A program made the position numbers and the translations under genes. Shown here one piece after another: positions 1 to 9,452 of a DNA stretch of 64,000 nt. The stretch comes from an uncultured Gammaproteobacteria bacterium (GTDB lineage Bacteria; Patescibacteriota; Microgenomatia; UBA10105; UBA927): the NCBI GenBank assembly GCA_964449585.1, contig CAYUZE010000002.1:116833-180832 (forward strand), given 5' to 3'. Position 1 is the stretch's first letter; each line of letters opens with the position of its first letter. Under the pieces are notes generated by a model, which was not told where the DNA came from, did not search any database, and saw only the letters and a list, made by a program, of their open reading frames with translations.

Positions 1-59
1 TCGATCAGTTCGTAGTCCTTCCAGTCGGAACAAACGGCGATTGTCATGGAATTTTCCAT
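1..59 (-). CDS. 5' end of a minus-strand gene that continues beyond the window (N-terminus MENSMTIAVCSDWKDYELID...)
   Basis: ATG at 59..57 on minus strand; a TACAAT -10 box (71..66, minus) lies 6 nt upstream, matching the leaderless pattern seen elsewhere in the window; only 19 codons are visible. Confidence 0.25.
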   Translation of the reverse strand, partial: MENSMTIAVCSDWKDYELI

Positions 60-95
60 AGATAGATTGTATCATGGGGAAATCGGTTTTCCTTC

Positions 96-1067
96 ATGAA
101 GCATATCTTTTCTTTTTTCATCGCATTTACCCTCGCTCTCTGTGCCATCGGATTCGGCGTGTGGAATACATTGGGACCGGTAAGTCGCGTTGCCGAACAA
201 TGGGTGCTCATCGTTCCACAACAGAATGCCGAATTTGATGTGCCCGCAGAGCTCAAAAAGCTCGGGCTTATCAAAAATGAAACTGCTTTTCGGTTATTTA
301 TGGACATTACCGCGGTGGGGAAGTCCGTGGTTCCGGGAGGGTATAGACTCAATACGTCTATGCCCGCATGGGTCGTCGCGGAAAAAATCACGGATACCCC
401 GCAGTTTTTCTGGGTAACCGTGCGCGAAGGACTTCGGAAGGAGCAGATCGGTGAACTCTTGGGCACGACGCTGGGGTGGACCCCGGAACAGGAAAACGAA
501 TGGAACAACTATAACGCCGATTCTGCCGAATATCGGGAAGGGGTGTATTTCCCCGATACTTACCTGTTGCCGACCGATGAACCCGTACAGCTTGTGGCAA
601 AACGGTTTCTGGATAACTTCAATACCAAATTCGCGCCGTACGTCGATAAATTTACGGCAAAAAATATCAAATGGACGACGGCGCTAAAAATCGCATCGCT
701 TATCGAACGGGAATCGGGCGGAGATAGCGACAAGGCGCTTATCGCGGGCATCATATGGAAACGGCTGGACATCGACATGCGGCTTGAAATCGACGCGACG
801 CTTCAGTATATACGCGGCAACAGCGAGGACGGCTGGTGGCCGAGAGTGGTCCCGCAGGATAAATACCTGGAATCGCCGTACAATACGTATCGCAATAAAG
901 GACTTCCGCCCGGGCCCATCTGTAATCCGGGGCTTGCGGCGATTGAAGCAGTGCTCAACCCTGAAGAAACGGACTGTATTTTCTATCTCCACTCATCGGA
1001 CCGGGAGATTCACTGTGCTGAAACCTACGAAGAGCACCTGGAGAATATCGACACGTACCTTCGGTGA
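96..1067 (+). CDS. mltG: endolytic murein transglycosylase MltG (YceG family)
   Basis: 323 aa; N-terminal TM helix; YceG-type motifs ERESGG and GLPPGPICNPG. Confidence 0.85.
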   Translation: MKHIFSFFIAFTLALCAIGFGVWNTLGPVSRVAEQWVLIVPQQNAEFDVPAELKKLGLIKNETAFRLFMDITAVGKSVVPGGYRLNTSMPAWVVAEKITDTPQFFWVTVREGLRKEQIGELLGTTLGWTPEQENEWNNYNADSAEYREGVYFPDTYLLPTDEPVQLVAKRFLDNFNTKFAPYVDKFTAKNIKWTTALKIASLIERESGGDSDKALIAGIIWKRLDIDMRLEIDATLQYIRGNSEDGWWPRVVPQDKYLESPYNTYRNKGLPPGPICNPGLAAIEAVLNPEETDCIFYLHSSDREIHCAETYEEHLENIDTYLR

Positions 1068-2015
1068 TTAGGCGGGTAAGTGCGTAAATACTTCAATCAG
1101 GAAAAACGCGATATAGAGCGTAAATAATCCCAATGCCTCAAGGCGTGAAATAGTGTGCTTACTTTTGGCAAAGATAAAAAATAAGACCAGTCCCACTATC
1201 AGAAAGCCTAAACTTACCGCGTAACTATTGTTTAACATAATGGATTTTCCGTGCCAGAGCGTAAGGATGCCGTAAAGGAAGGAGTTAAATGATGCCGAAC
1301 CCAGGTAATCGCCGAACGCCACCTGATTACTTTTCATAAAGAGCGAGCGCACGATCAGGGAAAGTTCCGGCAAGTTGGTGCCGATGCCGATAACCATAAG
1401 ACTGATGAAAAAATCCGAAAGCCCCAGCAGGGTAGAAAAGTAGTGCGTCTGATTGACGACCATCCAGCTTGAGGCGTAAATGATAAGCGATCCCGCGAGC
1501 GTTTTGGAAAATTCGGTTGCTACCGACAGATTTTTGAAAGTGGCGTACGTCGCTACGTTTTTGACAAACCCTTTCCGCCGTTCCAGAACCAGTGCCGATA
1601 GTGCAAAGAGCGTAACCGCAATGATGGCATCAATACGGCTTACCATGCCGTCGAACGACAGTAAGACCGGGATAGCGACAACCACGAGTGGGAGGATGAG
1701 ATGGCGGCCGCGTACTTCTTTGTTTATGGATATGGGGTGCCCCACAATGGCAAGGAGGGGAATCACCATAAGGAACAGCACGATAGACGCACCGATAAGA
1801 TTTCCCACGAAAATGTCAGGCTGACCCGAAAGCACGGCGTTGACTCCCACCGATACTTCGCTAATCGAGGTAAAAAATCCTAGCACGAGAAACGAAACGA
1901 GAAACGAAGAGAGTCGGAGTTTATGGGCGATTTTCTCCACCGCCCGTATGGCAATACCCGCACCGAACCATATACCGGCAAATCCCAATGCGTAGAGTGC
2001 AATATGACCGAGCAT
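1068..2015 (-). CDS. Na+/Ca2+ exchanger family (CaCA/YrbG-like) membrane protein
   Basis: 315 aa polytopic membrane protein with duplicated alpha-repeat motifs GNLIGASIV and GTNLPEL. Confidence 0.7.
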   Translation of the reverse strand: MLGHIALYALGFAGIWFGAGIAIRAVEKIAHKLRLSSFLVSFLVLGFFTSISEVSVGVNAVLSGQPDIFVGNLIGASIVLFLMVIPLLAIVGHPISINKEVRGRHLILPLVVVAIPVLLSFDGMVSRIDAIIAVTLFALSALVLERRKGFVKNVATYATFKNLSVATEFSKTLAGSLIIYASSWMVVNQTHYFSTLLGLSDFFISLMVIGIGTNLPELSLIVRSLFMKSNQVAFGDYLGSASFNSFLYGILTLWHGKSIMLNNSYAVSLGFLIVGLVLFFIFAKSKHTISRLEALGLFTLYIAFFLIEVFTHLPA

Positions 2016-2054
2016 ACATATCAGTGTAGCAAATTGTATGAGCCGGACACAAAA

Positions 2055-2693
2055 TTAACGCACGGACGAAGCAATGGTGTAGTTAGTACAACCTGAACTT
2101 GTGTTGCTCAATAAGTTTTTTTGGATAGCCCCATATTCTTCCGCGGAAAGCGGTGTATTCCATTTTTCGGCCGAAAGTACGGAAAAATCTTCCGGAAGAA
2201 ACGAAAAACATGAATTGAGTACGGCGGAGTCGTTAAAAAGAGTAACGAGTTTGCCGATTCCCTCGCCACTTCCCGCGCCGTTTGTATCAACGATAAGAAG
2301 CCGATACCCGTTTTCGTCTTTCCAGAACCGATAAATCGAGTGCGCTGATGCGGATGAACCCGCCTTATCCTTTACCGTCACCATTGTTTGCCAGGTACCC
2401 TGATTGTTGCACCGCAATTCCGACCGGTCATCAAGCATATTGGGATTACTGCCATACGTATTCATATTTCGTCGGGAAAAAACGACACATGAGGCAAACG
2501 CATCTTCATTCGTCTGGACGTTCTTCTGCATTGGCGTCGACGGGGTAGGGGTAGGTGCCCCTTCTGTATTTGCGGGAACCACCGCGCTTTGTGGGACCGT
2601 TGATTGTATCCCCGTGGTATATCTCAATGCCCCAAAAATTATGGCAATTACCAGGAGGATACCTATGAGAAAGGTGCGGGTTGTTGAATTCAT
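2055..2693 (-). CDS. hypothetical membrane-anchored or secreted protein
   Basis: 212 aa; N-terminal TM/signal anchor followed by a Pro/Thr-rich linker; no recognisable family. Confidence 0.5.
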   Translation of the reverse strand: MNSTTRTFLIGILLVIAIIFGALRYTTGIQSTVPQSAVVPANTEGAPTPTPSTPMQKNVQTNEDAFASCVVFSRRNMNTYGSNPNMLDDRSELRCNNQGTWQTMVTVKDKAGSSASAHSIYRFWKDENGYRLLIVDTNGAGSGEGIGKLVTLFNDSAVLNSCFSFLPEDFSVLSAEKWNTPLSAEEYGAIQKNLLSNTSSGCTNYTIASSVR

Positions 2694-2742
2694 ACACGCT
2701 GATTACCGGATCCATTCCGAGCTCACTTGCGGCGTCCACTTG

Positions 2743-3150
2743 TCAGTTGCTTATTCTGACAAGCTTCCCCCGGCGTTTGACGATGTTTTTATAATCCCAT
2801 TGAATACGAATTGATTTTTTTATCCACCGCATCAAATCCCTCACATCGATCTGATCGGGTTGCGTATAAATTATCGACGCATCTTTAAATTTGCCGGTCG
2901 TGGGGGTGAGTGCTGGCTCATCAAAATCGGCACCGCTCCAAAACATCAGTTTTATGCCTGCTTTCAGTATGCTATAACCGACGATCGGATTGCCATCGAG
3001 AAACCACACGGGGCCGCCGTGCCATATTTTAGATTCCGCATTCGGCAAAGTGTGATAGATGGTTTCCTTGAGAAGGACGCAAATTTGCCGTTCGTTGCCG
3101 GACTGTAACCGATTGTATGCGTCGATAGTTTTTGCGGTTGTCGTGCTCAT
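2743..3150 (-). CDS. DUF1801 (YdhG-like) domain protein
   Basis: Pattern TIDAY...GxPxWFLDGNPIVGYS...KLMFWSG typical of DUF1801; start moved to the internal Met (MSTTTAKTIDAY). Confidence 0.6.
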   Translation of the reverse strand: MSTTTAKTIDAYNRLQSGNERQICVLLKETIYHTLPNAESKIWHGGPVWFLDGNPIVGYSILKAGIKLMFWSGADFDEPALTPTTGKFKDASIIYTQPDQIDVRDLMRWIKKSIRIQWDYKNIVKRRGKLVRISN

Positions 3151-3285
3151 ACTGATCTTCACTCAGCATATAGTACCAGGGTCGAAAATGGTAGGGCATG
3201 CACAAAATATTGTTTTTCCATTTTTATTCTTTCACCATATATAACAAGCGATAGAGGGAAGACCGAACGCACGTTAAACTATAGT

Positions 3286-4098
3286 TTAGTTCACGTCATG
3301 AAAGTATTCATACGGCGTGAGAGAAATATAAAACCACATCGGAATCTGTTTTATCGGTACGCTTTTCATAAAAGAATTAAATTGACTTTTATACGCATAT
3401 ACTGTCCGAATTTTCGCGGCTACCCCCGTTACACCGATCCAGACGCGGAAGGTAGGCGGCTTGCGGCTTTTAAGAAATTCCTGATTAGTTGCCATGTGCG
3501 TGGGAAGGGAGAGTTGGTTAAATAACTTTTCGGGTGTGGAGGTGTACCATAATCGGATGTTTGGAAAGTCAGTCTTGAGTAACGAGGTAACAATCCGGGA
3601 TACCAGCATGTGATCGGGATGCCCGTACCCTCCTGATTCATCGTAGGTAATAATCAAATCGGGCTTATATGTTGCGATTTGTAGCCGTACATACGTTGTA
3701 AGCGCATCTTCGTGATCCGCCAATTGATTATCCGGAAAATCACCGAACGATGGCGGATCTATCTTGAGAATTTTTGCCACGGTTTCCGATTCTTGGGTTC
3801 TGATGCGTTTCAGGTTGTCATCCGGATGTGCGTCAGCAGTGCCGCGTTCTCCCCGCGTCAATATAGTCCAATTAATTTGCGCATTATTTTTTGCGAAAAG
3901 GGCAAGAGTTCCGGAAAGTGATTGCGCTTCATCATCGGGATGCGGAAAGATAACCAATATGTTGGTGTAGGTAAAATTGTCGGCTGATTTAATTGCTATT
4001 GAGAAATCGTTAGCCTGGATAAAACCGTATATCCACAACCCTGCGGTAAAAAGGAGGGGGAATACTACCAATAAAATACGTATCGTTTTTTTCAACAC
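3286..4098 (-). CDS. PIG-L/LmbE family N-acetylglucosaminyl deacetylase
   Basis: 270 aa; N-terminal TM helix; PIG-L motif HPDDE and DESGGYGHPDH. Confidence 0.7.
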   Translation of the reverse strand: MLKKTIRILLVVFPLLFTAGLWIYGFIQANDFSIAIKSADNFTYTNILVIFPHPDDEAQSLSGTLALFAKNNAQINWTILTRGERGTADAHPDDNLKRIRTQESETVAKILKIDPPSFGDFPDNQLADHEDALTTYVRLQIATYKPDLIITYDESGGYGHPDHMLVSRIVTSLLKTDFPNIRLWYTSTPEKLFNQLSLPTHMATNQEFLKSRKPPTFRVWIGVTGVAAKIRTVYAYKSQFNSFMKSVPIKQIPMWFYISLTPYEYFHDVN

Positions 4099-4196
4099 AA
4101 TGAGTTAAGTATAGATTATCCGTGGATGATCTTGGTGTTGCGGCAGAATCGATGATTTGCTCATTTTCCTGAAGTTACTTTATAGGTAAATACGCG

Positions 4197-4634
4197 TTAT
4201 TTCCACGCGTCAAACGCTTCAAACATCTTCAGTCTATCAGTATTTCCGTCATAGGAATTACCAAACCACTCGTCAAGAATCGCAAAAACGGTTTCTCTGT
4301 CAATCTCCCAGCCGGGTATACACAAAACGTTGCACTTATCGTATATCTTTCCCCATTTTGCGATTTTTGGCTCATTGGCTAAACACGCCCTGATGCCTTT
4401 GAATTTGTTTATACCCACCTCGACGCCGACTCCCGTGCCGCAAGACACAATGCCGCTATTTTCCGGTTGAGAAAGCACTTGTGAGGCGACTTTTGGAAGA
4501 AAATTTTCGAGTTTATCGTCGGTTTCGCTGTTTTGAACACCGAGATTTTCAAACGCGATACGTTTTTCCGTCAGATATTCGGTAACATACCTTATCGCAG
4601 AGTACCCGTGTTTATCGCCGGCGATATATATCAT
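4197..4634 (-). CDS. rpiB: ribose-5-phosphate isomerase B (RpiB/LacAB family)
   Basis: MIYIAGDKHG N-terminus and SCGTGVGV active-site motif; the ORF-track N-terminal extension (to 4688) overlaps tRNA-Gly and was trimmed. Confidence 0.8.
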   Translation of the reverse strand: MIYIAGDKHGYSAIRYVTEYLTEKRIAFENLGVQNSETDDKLENFLPKVASQVLSQPENSGIVSCGTGVGVEVGINKFKGIRACLANEPKIAKWGKIYDKCNVLCIPGWEIDRETVFAILDEWFGNSYDGNTDRLKMFEAFDAWK

Positions 4635-4655
4635 AGGATTGTAATTTCCAATCGG

Positions 4656-4726
4656 AGCGGGATAGGGGAATTGAACCCCCTTCTCCACCTTGGGAAGGTG
4701 GCATACTACCGGTGTACTAATCCCGC
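4656..4726 (-). tRNA. tRNA-Gly (anticodon CCC)
   Basis: Manual fold: acceptor GCGGGAU/AUCCCGC, D-stem GUAC, anticodon stem CCACC/GGUGG with loop UUCCCAA, T-arm GGGGG-UUCAAUU-CCCCU; 71 nt, no encoded CCA. Confidence 0.85.
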
Positions 4727-4785
4727 GACAGGGAGTCCCTGGGAGGAATCCCTTTCTTATATGCTATCGTAATCGAACGAGAAAA

Positions 4786-5352
4786 TCACGGGAGCAGTAA
4801 CACGTTCCCCGTAAAAATCATGTTCGGTTCGGCGATATTGTTTGCCTTTGCAATCTCGGTCCATCGGAAGCCCGTTCCATATACTTCAACGGAAATATTC
4901 CAAAGCGAGTCACCTTTTTTGACGGTGTATTTTCCGTCGGCAGGGCGCTTGGTTTCCACCATGGCGTTTGCGATCTGACCGGGTTCGCGCTTGGCCACTT
5001 TCGGAATAGTAAGCTTCTGACCGACTTCGATAACGTCCGCGCTCTCGAGGTTATTTGCTTCCTTGATGTCCACCCAGTTGTATCCGCTACCGATCGTTTT
5101 TGCGGCGATACTCCAAAGCGTTTCACCGGCTACGACGGTATAGGTGCTCCCTTGGGCGGATGCGGTTGCATTAGCTTCCATCTTTTGTTGTTCCGTCTTT
5201 GCGAGGTTTTCGGGCTGTTTTTCGCGAAGGTAATTTGCGATCATGACTCCTACCACGATAACGACCGCGGCTCCGAGGAATAACGAAACGATGGAATCGG
5301 GATTGCTCAGTTTTTTCTTGAGTTCTTCTACCATTATGACAATTTCCTCCAT
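4786..5352 (-). CDS. LysM-domain protein (two LysM repeats, N-terminal membrane anchor)
   Basis: 188 aa; two copies of the Y(T/V)V(K/A)xGD(S/T)LW(S/N)I...W LysM pattern. Confidence 0.75.
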   Translation of the reverse strand: MEEIVIMVEELKKKLSNPDSIVSLFLGAAVVIVVGVMIANYLREKQPENLAKTEQQKMEANATASAQGSTYTVVAGETLWSIAAKTIGSGYNWVDIKEANNLESADVIEVGQKLTIPKVAKREPGQIANAMVETKRPADGKYTVKKGDSLWNISVEVYGTGFRWTEIAKANNIAEPNMIFTGNVLLLP

Positions 5353-5375
5353 TCCAGGCAGAGATGGGGACTGGG

Positions 5376-5450
5376 CGGGACCGAGGGGACTCGAACCCCC
5401 GACCTCCTCCTTGACAGGGAGGCGCTCTAACCAGGCTGAGCTACGATCCC
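5376..5450 (-). tRNA. tRNA-Asp (anticodon GUC)
   Basis: GGGAUCGUAGCUCAGCCUGGUUAGAGCGCCUCCCUGUCAAGGAGGAGGUCGGGGGUUCGAGUCCCCUCGGUCCCG; canonical cloverleaf, anticodon loop CUGUCAA. Confidence 0.85.
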
Positions 5451-5667
5451 TTCATGGACGGGAAACGACGTTTCCCTTCCAACCTCCCTTCCTACCAAGG
5501 GGTTGCGACGGCTCTCACCATCCGGCACTCCGTCGCAACTATTTTACCCCGATAACGAAGGTCGACTTTTGTTATAGTCTTTTTCCGCTCCTCTTTCCGC
5601 TTGCTAATCGTTTTGACATTATAATTCATATTTGAGGGTAGTACAACGAGTGTGATACGCTTGGCTT

Positions 5668-7455
5668 GTGCAAAAGGATCGTTTGACGAATCTAGAAATC
5701 GCGGAACTCCTTCGCAAAGTAGCGGCGGCATACCTCATATTGGGGGAAAACAGATTCCGTATCATTGCCTACGAACGGGCGGCGGACAGCATCGAGCACT
5801 TAACCAGCGAAGTGAAAGATTATTGGGATGACAAAAAGCTTGAAGAGATTCCTGGCGTGGGCGGGGGGATAGCAAGTAACCTTGATGAGCTATTCAAAAA
5901 CGGCAAATCCACCCATTGGGAGTCGGTATTGGGTAAAGTCCCCGAAGCTATCTTTCCGTTACTTCTTGTTCCCGGGATAGGTCCCAAGAAAGCATACACT
6001 TTGGTGACCCATCTCAAATTGGAGAGTGCTAAAACCGTCGTTGATGATCTGGAAAAAGCCGGCATAGCGGGGAAAATAGCCACAATGGAAGGTTTCGGTG
6101 AAAAATCGCAATCCGTGATTCTCGAAGCAATTGCAACATTCCGCAAAGGAGCGATTAAGGAAAACCGTATGCCGCTTCCGTATGCCGACCAGGTTGCCCG
6201 CGAAGTTATGGAGCATATCAAAACAGGTGGCAATGTCATTCGCATTGATGCATTGGGAAGTCTCAGGCGGCAGGTAGCGACCATCGGTGATATCGATATT
6301 GCCGTTGCTACGAAAAAGCCCGAAGCAGTGCTCGAACAGTTCCTGGCATTTCCGCATCAGCGAGTGATTGATCACGGCCCTCGTGGGGCGACGCTCCTTC
6401 TTGCCAACGGAAGACAAGTGGACTTGCGGGTGCAGACGCCGGAAGCGTACGGTGCCATGCTTCAGTATTTTACCGGTTCCAAAAATCACAACATCCAACT
6501 GCGGTCACTTGCCCTCGAGCAGGGATTGTCTCTCAACGAGTATGGGATCAAAAACGTCAAAACCGGCAAAGTCACCGAGTACAGTACGGAGGAGGCGTTC
6601 TATAAAGCGATCGGTCTTTCCTACGTGCCGCCCGAATTACGGGAAGACAAAGGAGAAATCCCCGCCGCAAAAAAACATGCGCTTCCTGAGTTAGTCGAAC
6701 GGGGAGACATGCGGGGAGATTTGCATGTGCATTCGAGTTATGACTTACAGTCATCCCACGATGTCGGAAGAAATAGCATCGGTGAACTACTGACGCAAGC
6801 GGAACAACTGGGATACGAGTACATCGGGTTCTCCGATCACAACCCGCGGGGTAATCAATCCGAGAAATCTATAGTGGACATTATGAAGCGCCGAAAGGAA
6901 ACATATGAACAACAATATTCCTCGTGGATGAATCGTGAAAAGAGACGGGTACAATATTTCCTCATGTGTGAGGTTGATATACAGCCGGACGGGACGTTGG
7001 CACTTCCCGATGAAGCATTTGCGTATGTCGATGCCGTAATCGTCTCGCTCCATTCGTCGTTTGCCCAACCGCGTGACGTCGTCACCCAGCGATTGATTAC
7101 CGCCATGACGCACCACCCGAAAGTGCGCATTGTCGGTCATCCGACGGGAAGACTCCTGGGGAGTCGTGAGGGGGTAGATGCCGATTGGCCTGCAGTCTTT
7201 GAAGTCGCCAAAAAACATGACATAGCACTGGAGATTAATGCCTATCCCGACCGACTGGATTTACCCGACACATTGGCCTATGACGCGGTTCAAAAAGGTC
7301 TCAAGTTTTCCATCGATACCGATGCCCATGCCGCCGAGCACATGTTGCTTATGCCGTATGGGGTCTCGGTAGCACGGAGAGGATGGGTGACAAAACGTGA
7401 CATCGTCAACTGCTTAGACTATAATAAATTTAAGGCCTGGTTATTGAAATCCTAG
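5668..7455 (+). CDS. polX: DNA polymerase X family protein (Pol beta-like nucleotidyltransferase plus C-terminal PHP phosphoesterase domain)
   Basis: 595 aa; HhH/GIG motifs, GDIDI nucleotidyltransferase motif, C-terminal PHP His cluster (HVHSSYD...GFSDHN); GTG start. Confidence 0.85.
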   Translation: MQKDRLTNLEIAELLRKVAAAYLILGENRFRIIAYERAADSIEHLTSEVKDYWDDKKLEEIPGVGGGIASNLDELFKNGKSTHWESVLGKVPEAIFPLLLVPGIGPKKAYTLVTHLKLESAKTVVDDLEKAGIAGKIATMEGFGEKSQSVILEAIATFRKGAIKENRMPLPYADQVAREVMEHIKTGGNVIRIDALGSLRRQVATIGDIDIAVATKKPEAVLEQFLAFPHQRVIDHGPRGATLLLANGRQVDLRVQTPEAYGAMLQYFTGSKNHNIQLRSLALEQGLSLNEYGIKNVKTGKVTEYSTEEAFYKAIGLSYVPPELREDKGEIPAAKKHALPELVERGDMRGDLHVHSSYDLQSSHDVGRNSIGELLTQAEQLGYEYIGFSDHNPRGNQSEKSIVDIMKRRKETYEQQYSSWMNREKRRVQYFLMCEVDIQPDGTLALPDEAFAYVDAVIVSLHSSFAQPRDVVTQRLITAMTHHPKVRIVGHPTGRLLGSREGVDADWPAVFEVAKKHDIALEINAYPDRLDLPDTLAYDAVQKGLKFSIDTDAHAAEHMLLMPYGVSVARRGWVTKRDIVNCLDYNKFKAWLLKS

Positions 7456-7471
7456 CCGAAAGGAGTACTTC

Positions 7472-8026
7472 ATGAACATGTTATGGATCGGTATCGGAGT
7501 CGTTGCTCTCGTCCTCATGTATTTTTGGTCGCTGTATAACGCGCTTGTCACCCTAAAGACGCAAATTGAAGAAGCATGGAGTCAGATTGATATCCAGCTT
7601 AAGCGTCGTGCGGATTTGATCCCGAATCTCGTTTCGACGGTCAAAGGCTATGCCAAACATGAAAAAACGGTATTTTCCGAAGTGACCAAGGCACGAAGTG
7701 CGCTTATGGGTGCCAAGTCGCTTCACGACAAGGCGGAGGCAAGCGATATGTTGACCGGCGCTTTGGGCAAGTTATTTGCCGTTGCGGAAGCGTATCCGCA
7801 GCTTAAGGCAAACGAAAACTTTACCCAGCTTCAGAAAGAATTATCGGACACTGAGGATAAGGTGGCTTACAGTCGCCAGTATTACAATTCGGTAGTCAAT
7901 GACTATAACATCCGTATCCGGATGTTCCCGAACACACTCTTTAACGAGATGTTGGGATTCCATGAGAAGGAATTTTTCGCCGCAGGAGAGGAAGAGCGAA
8001 AAAACGTGAAGGTAAGCTTCGAGTAA
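7472..8026 (+). CDS. lemA: LemA family protein
   Basis: 184 aa; N-terminal TM helix; LemA family signature; lies immediately upstream of htpX as usual. Confidence 0.8.
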   Translation: MNMLWIGIGVVALVLMYFWSLYNALVTLKTQIEEAWSQIDIQLKRRADLIPNLVSTVKGYAKHEKTVFSEVTKARSALMGAKSLHDKAEASDMLTGALGKLFAVAEAYPQLKANENFTQLQKELSDTEDKVAYSRQYYNSVVNDYNIRIRMFPNTLFNEMLGFHEKEFFAAGEEERKNVKVSFE

Positions 8027-8029
8027 GCA

Positions 8030-8929
8030 ATGACACTTTCTTCAGCGATTCAGTCGAATATCACGAAAACCTACGTGATCATGACCGTCTTTGTGGCGTT
8101 TGTCGTGCTTATCGCGTATGTATTCGGCCATGCATTAGGGTACGGGAACAGCTTCATGTGGTTTGCCGTCATTTTCTCCGTGATCTCGAGCTGGGCAAGC
8201 TACTACTGGGGAGATTCGCTTATCCTTGCCATGTCCAGTGCCAGACCTGCAGATAGGAAGCGCGATTTCGATTTCTTTACCGTCGCGGAAAATCTCTCTA
8301 TGGCGGCGGGTATTCCCAAACCGCGGCTCTATGTGATCGAAGACACCGCCATGAATGCGTTTGCCACGGGGCGCGACCCCAAACACGCGATTGTCGTGGC
8401 AACGACGGGAATTTTGTCACGATTAGATAGACGAGAATTGGAAGGCGTTATCGCTCACGAACTGTCGCACATCAAAAACTATGATACGCGACTTATGGCG
8501 GTGGTTGCCGTGCTTGTAGGCACGGTTGCCTACCTTGCCGATATGTTCCTTCGCTCACTTTGGTGGGGAGGGGGAAGGCGTGATCGGGATGAGGATCGGG
8601 GGCTTGCCGGTATTCTGATGATAGTAGGTATTGTCCTTGCCATCCTTTCGCCGATTCTCGCAACGCTCATCCAAATGGCGGCTAGCCGCAATCGCGAGTA
8701 TCTTGCCGATGTTTCAGGCGCCAAACTGACAAGATACCCAGAAGGACTTGCCCGGGCACTTGAGAAACTGGGACGTGACAAAGAAGTGTTGGAAGCGGCA
8801 ACCAATGCCACCGCACATCTTTACATCACCAATCCGTTTAAAGGCAAAAACTTCGGCGCATGGTTTGCCAATGCCTTTAACACACATCCGCCGATCGAAG
8901 ATCGCATCAAGCGATTGAGAGCACTCTAA
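8030..8929 (+). CDS. htpX: M48 zinc metalloprotease HtpX
   Basis: 299 aa; HELSHIKN (HExxH) zinc motif; 4 TM segments. Confidence 0.85.
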   Translation: MTLSSAIQSNITKTYVIMTVFVAFVVLIAYVFGHALGYGNSFMWFAVIFSVISSWASYYWGDSLILAMSSARPADRKRDFDFFTVAENLSMAAGIPKPRLYVIEDTAMNAFATGRDPKHAIVVATTGILSRLDRRELEGVIAHELSHIKNYDTRLMAVVAVLVGTVAYLADMFLRSLWWGGGRRDRDEDRGLAGILMIVGIVLAILSPILATLIQMAASRNREYLADVSGAKLTRYPEGLARALEKLGRDKEVLEAATNATAHLYITNPFKGKNFGAWFANAFNTHPPIEDRIKRLRAL

Positions 8930-8933
8930 GTGT

Positions 8934-9413
8934 ATGGATACGCACACCACCCTTGCCAAAGGACTTCTTGCCACATTTGCGGGCTCCAATGCCGTGAAGA
9001 ATGTTACGCGCGGCACCGTGCATCTTACGGGTACGGAAACAACGGACAATGATGCGACCTATATCGACCAGTGGCTGGTGAAACGAACGGGAGCAGGGCA
9101 GGAAATCGCCGTAAATGGCGGGGAAGCCAGCGTTCGCAGTTATGCGGGAGGGATTGTTCCCGATACCATTCTTTTGCCACTCGGCATTACGGCAGAACAG
9201 GTCATTGCCACGCTGAAATCCATGTTACAAACGCTTGGCGACAAAACGCGGCTTACGCAAACCGTTTCTCCCGTTACCGATGGCGATTGGGAGTACCGTT
9301 ATACGGTTGCCGACCGTTACAACGACGTGGCGCTCACCATCGGCGTCGAAACGATTACGTACAAAGCAACCGTCGTTTTTGTCCATGCGTTTTTGCTGGC
9401 AGACGTGACGTAA
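8934..9413 (+). CDS. hypothetical protein
   Basis: 159 aa ORF sitting tightly between htpX and murT; no recognisable motif. Confidence 0.45.
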   Translation: MDTHTTLAKGLLATFAGSNAVKNVTRGTVHLTGTETTDNDATYIDQWLVKRTGAGQEIAVNGGEASVRSYAGGIVPDTILLPLGITAEQVIATLKSMLQTLGDKTRLTQTVSPVTDGDWEYRYTVADRYNDVALTIGVETITYKATVVFVHAFLLADVT

Positions 9414-9452
9414 TATTTGCCTCACCTCCCTCCGATGCGCGATAATCAGGCT

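Noticed and set aside
44-508. 154-aa minus-strand ORF at the window start
   Set aside because: It overlaps the well-supported mltG gene on the opposite strand. Only the first 59 nt could belong to a real minus-strand gene (reported separately as a partial CDS).
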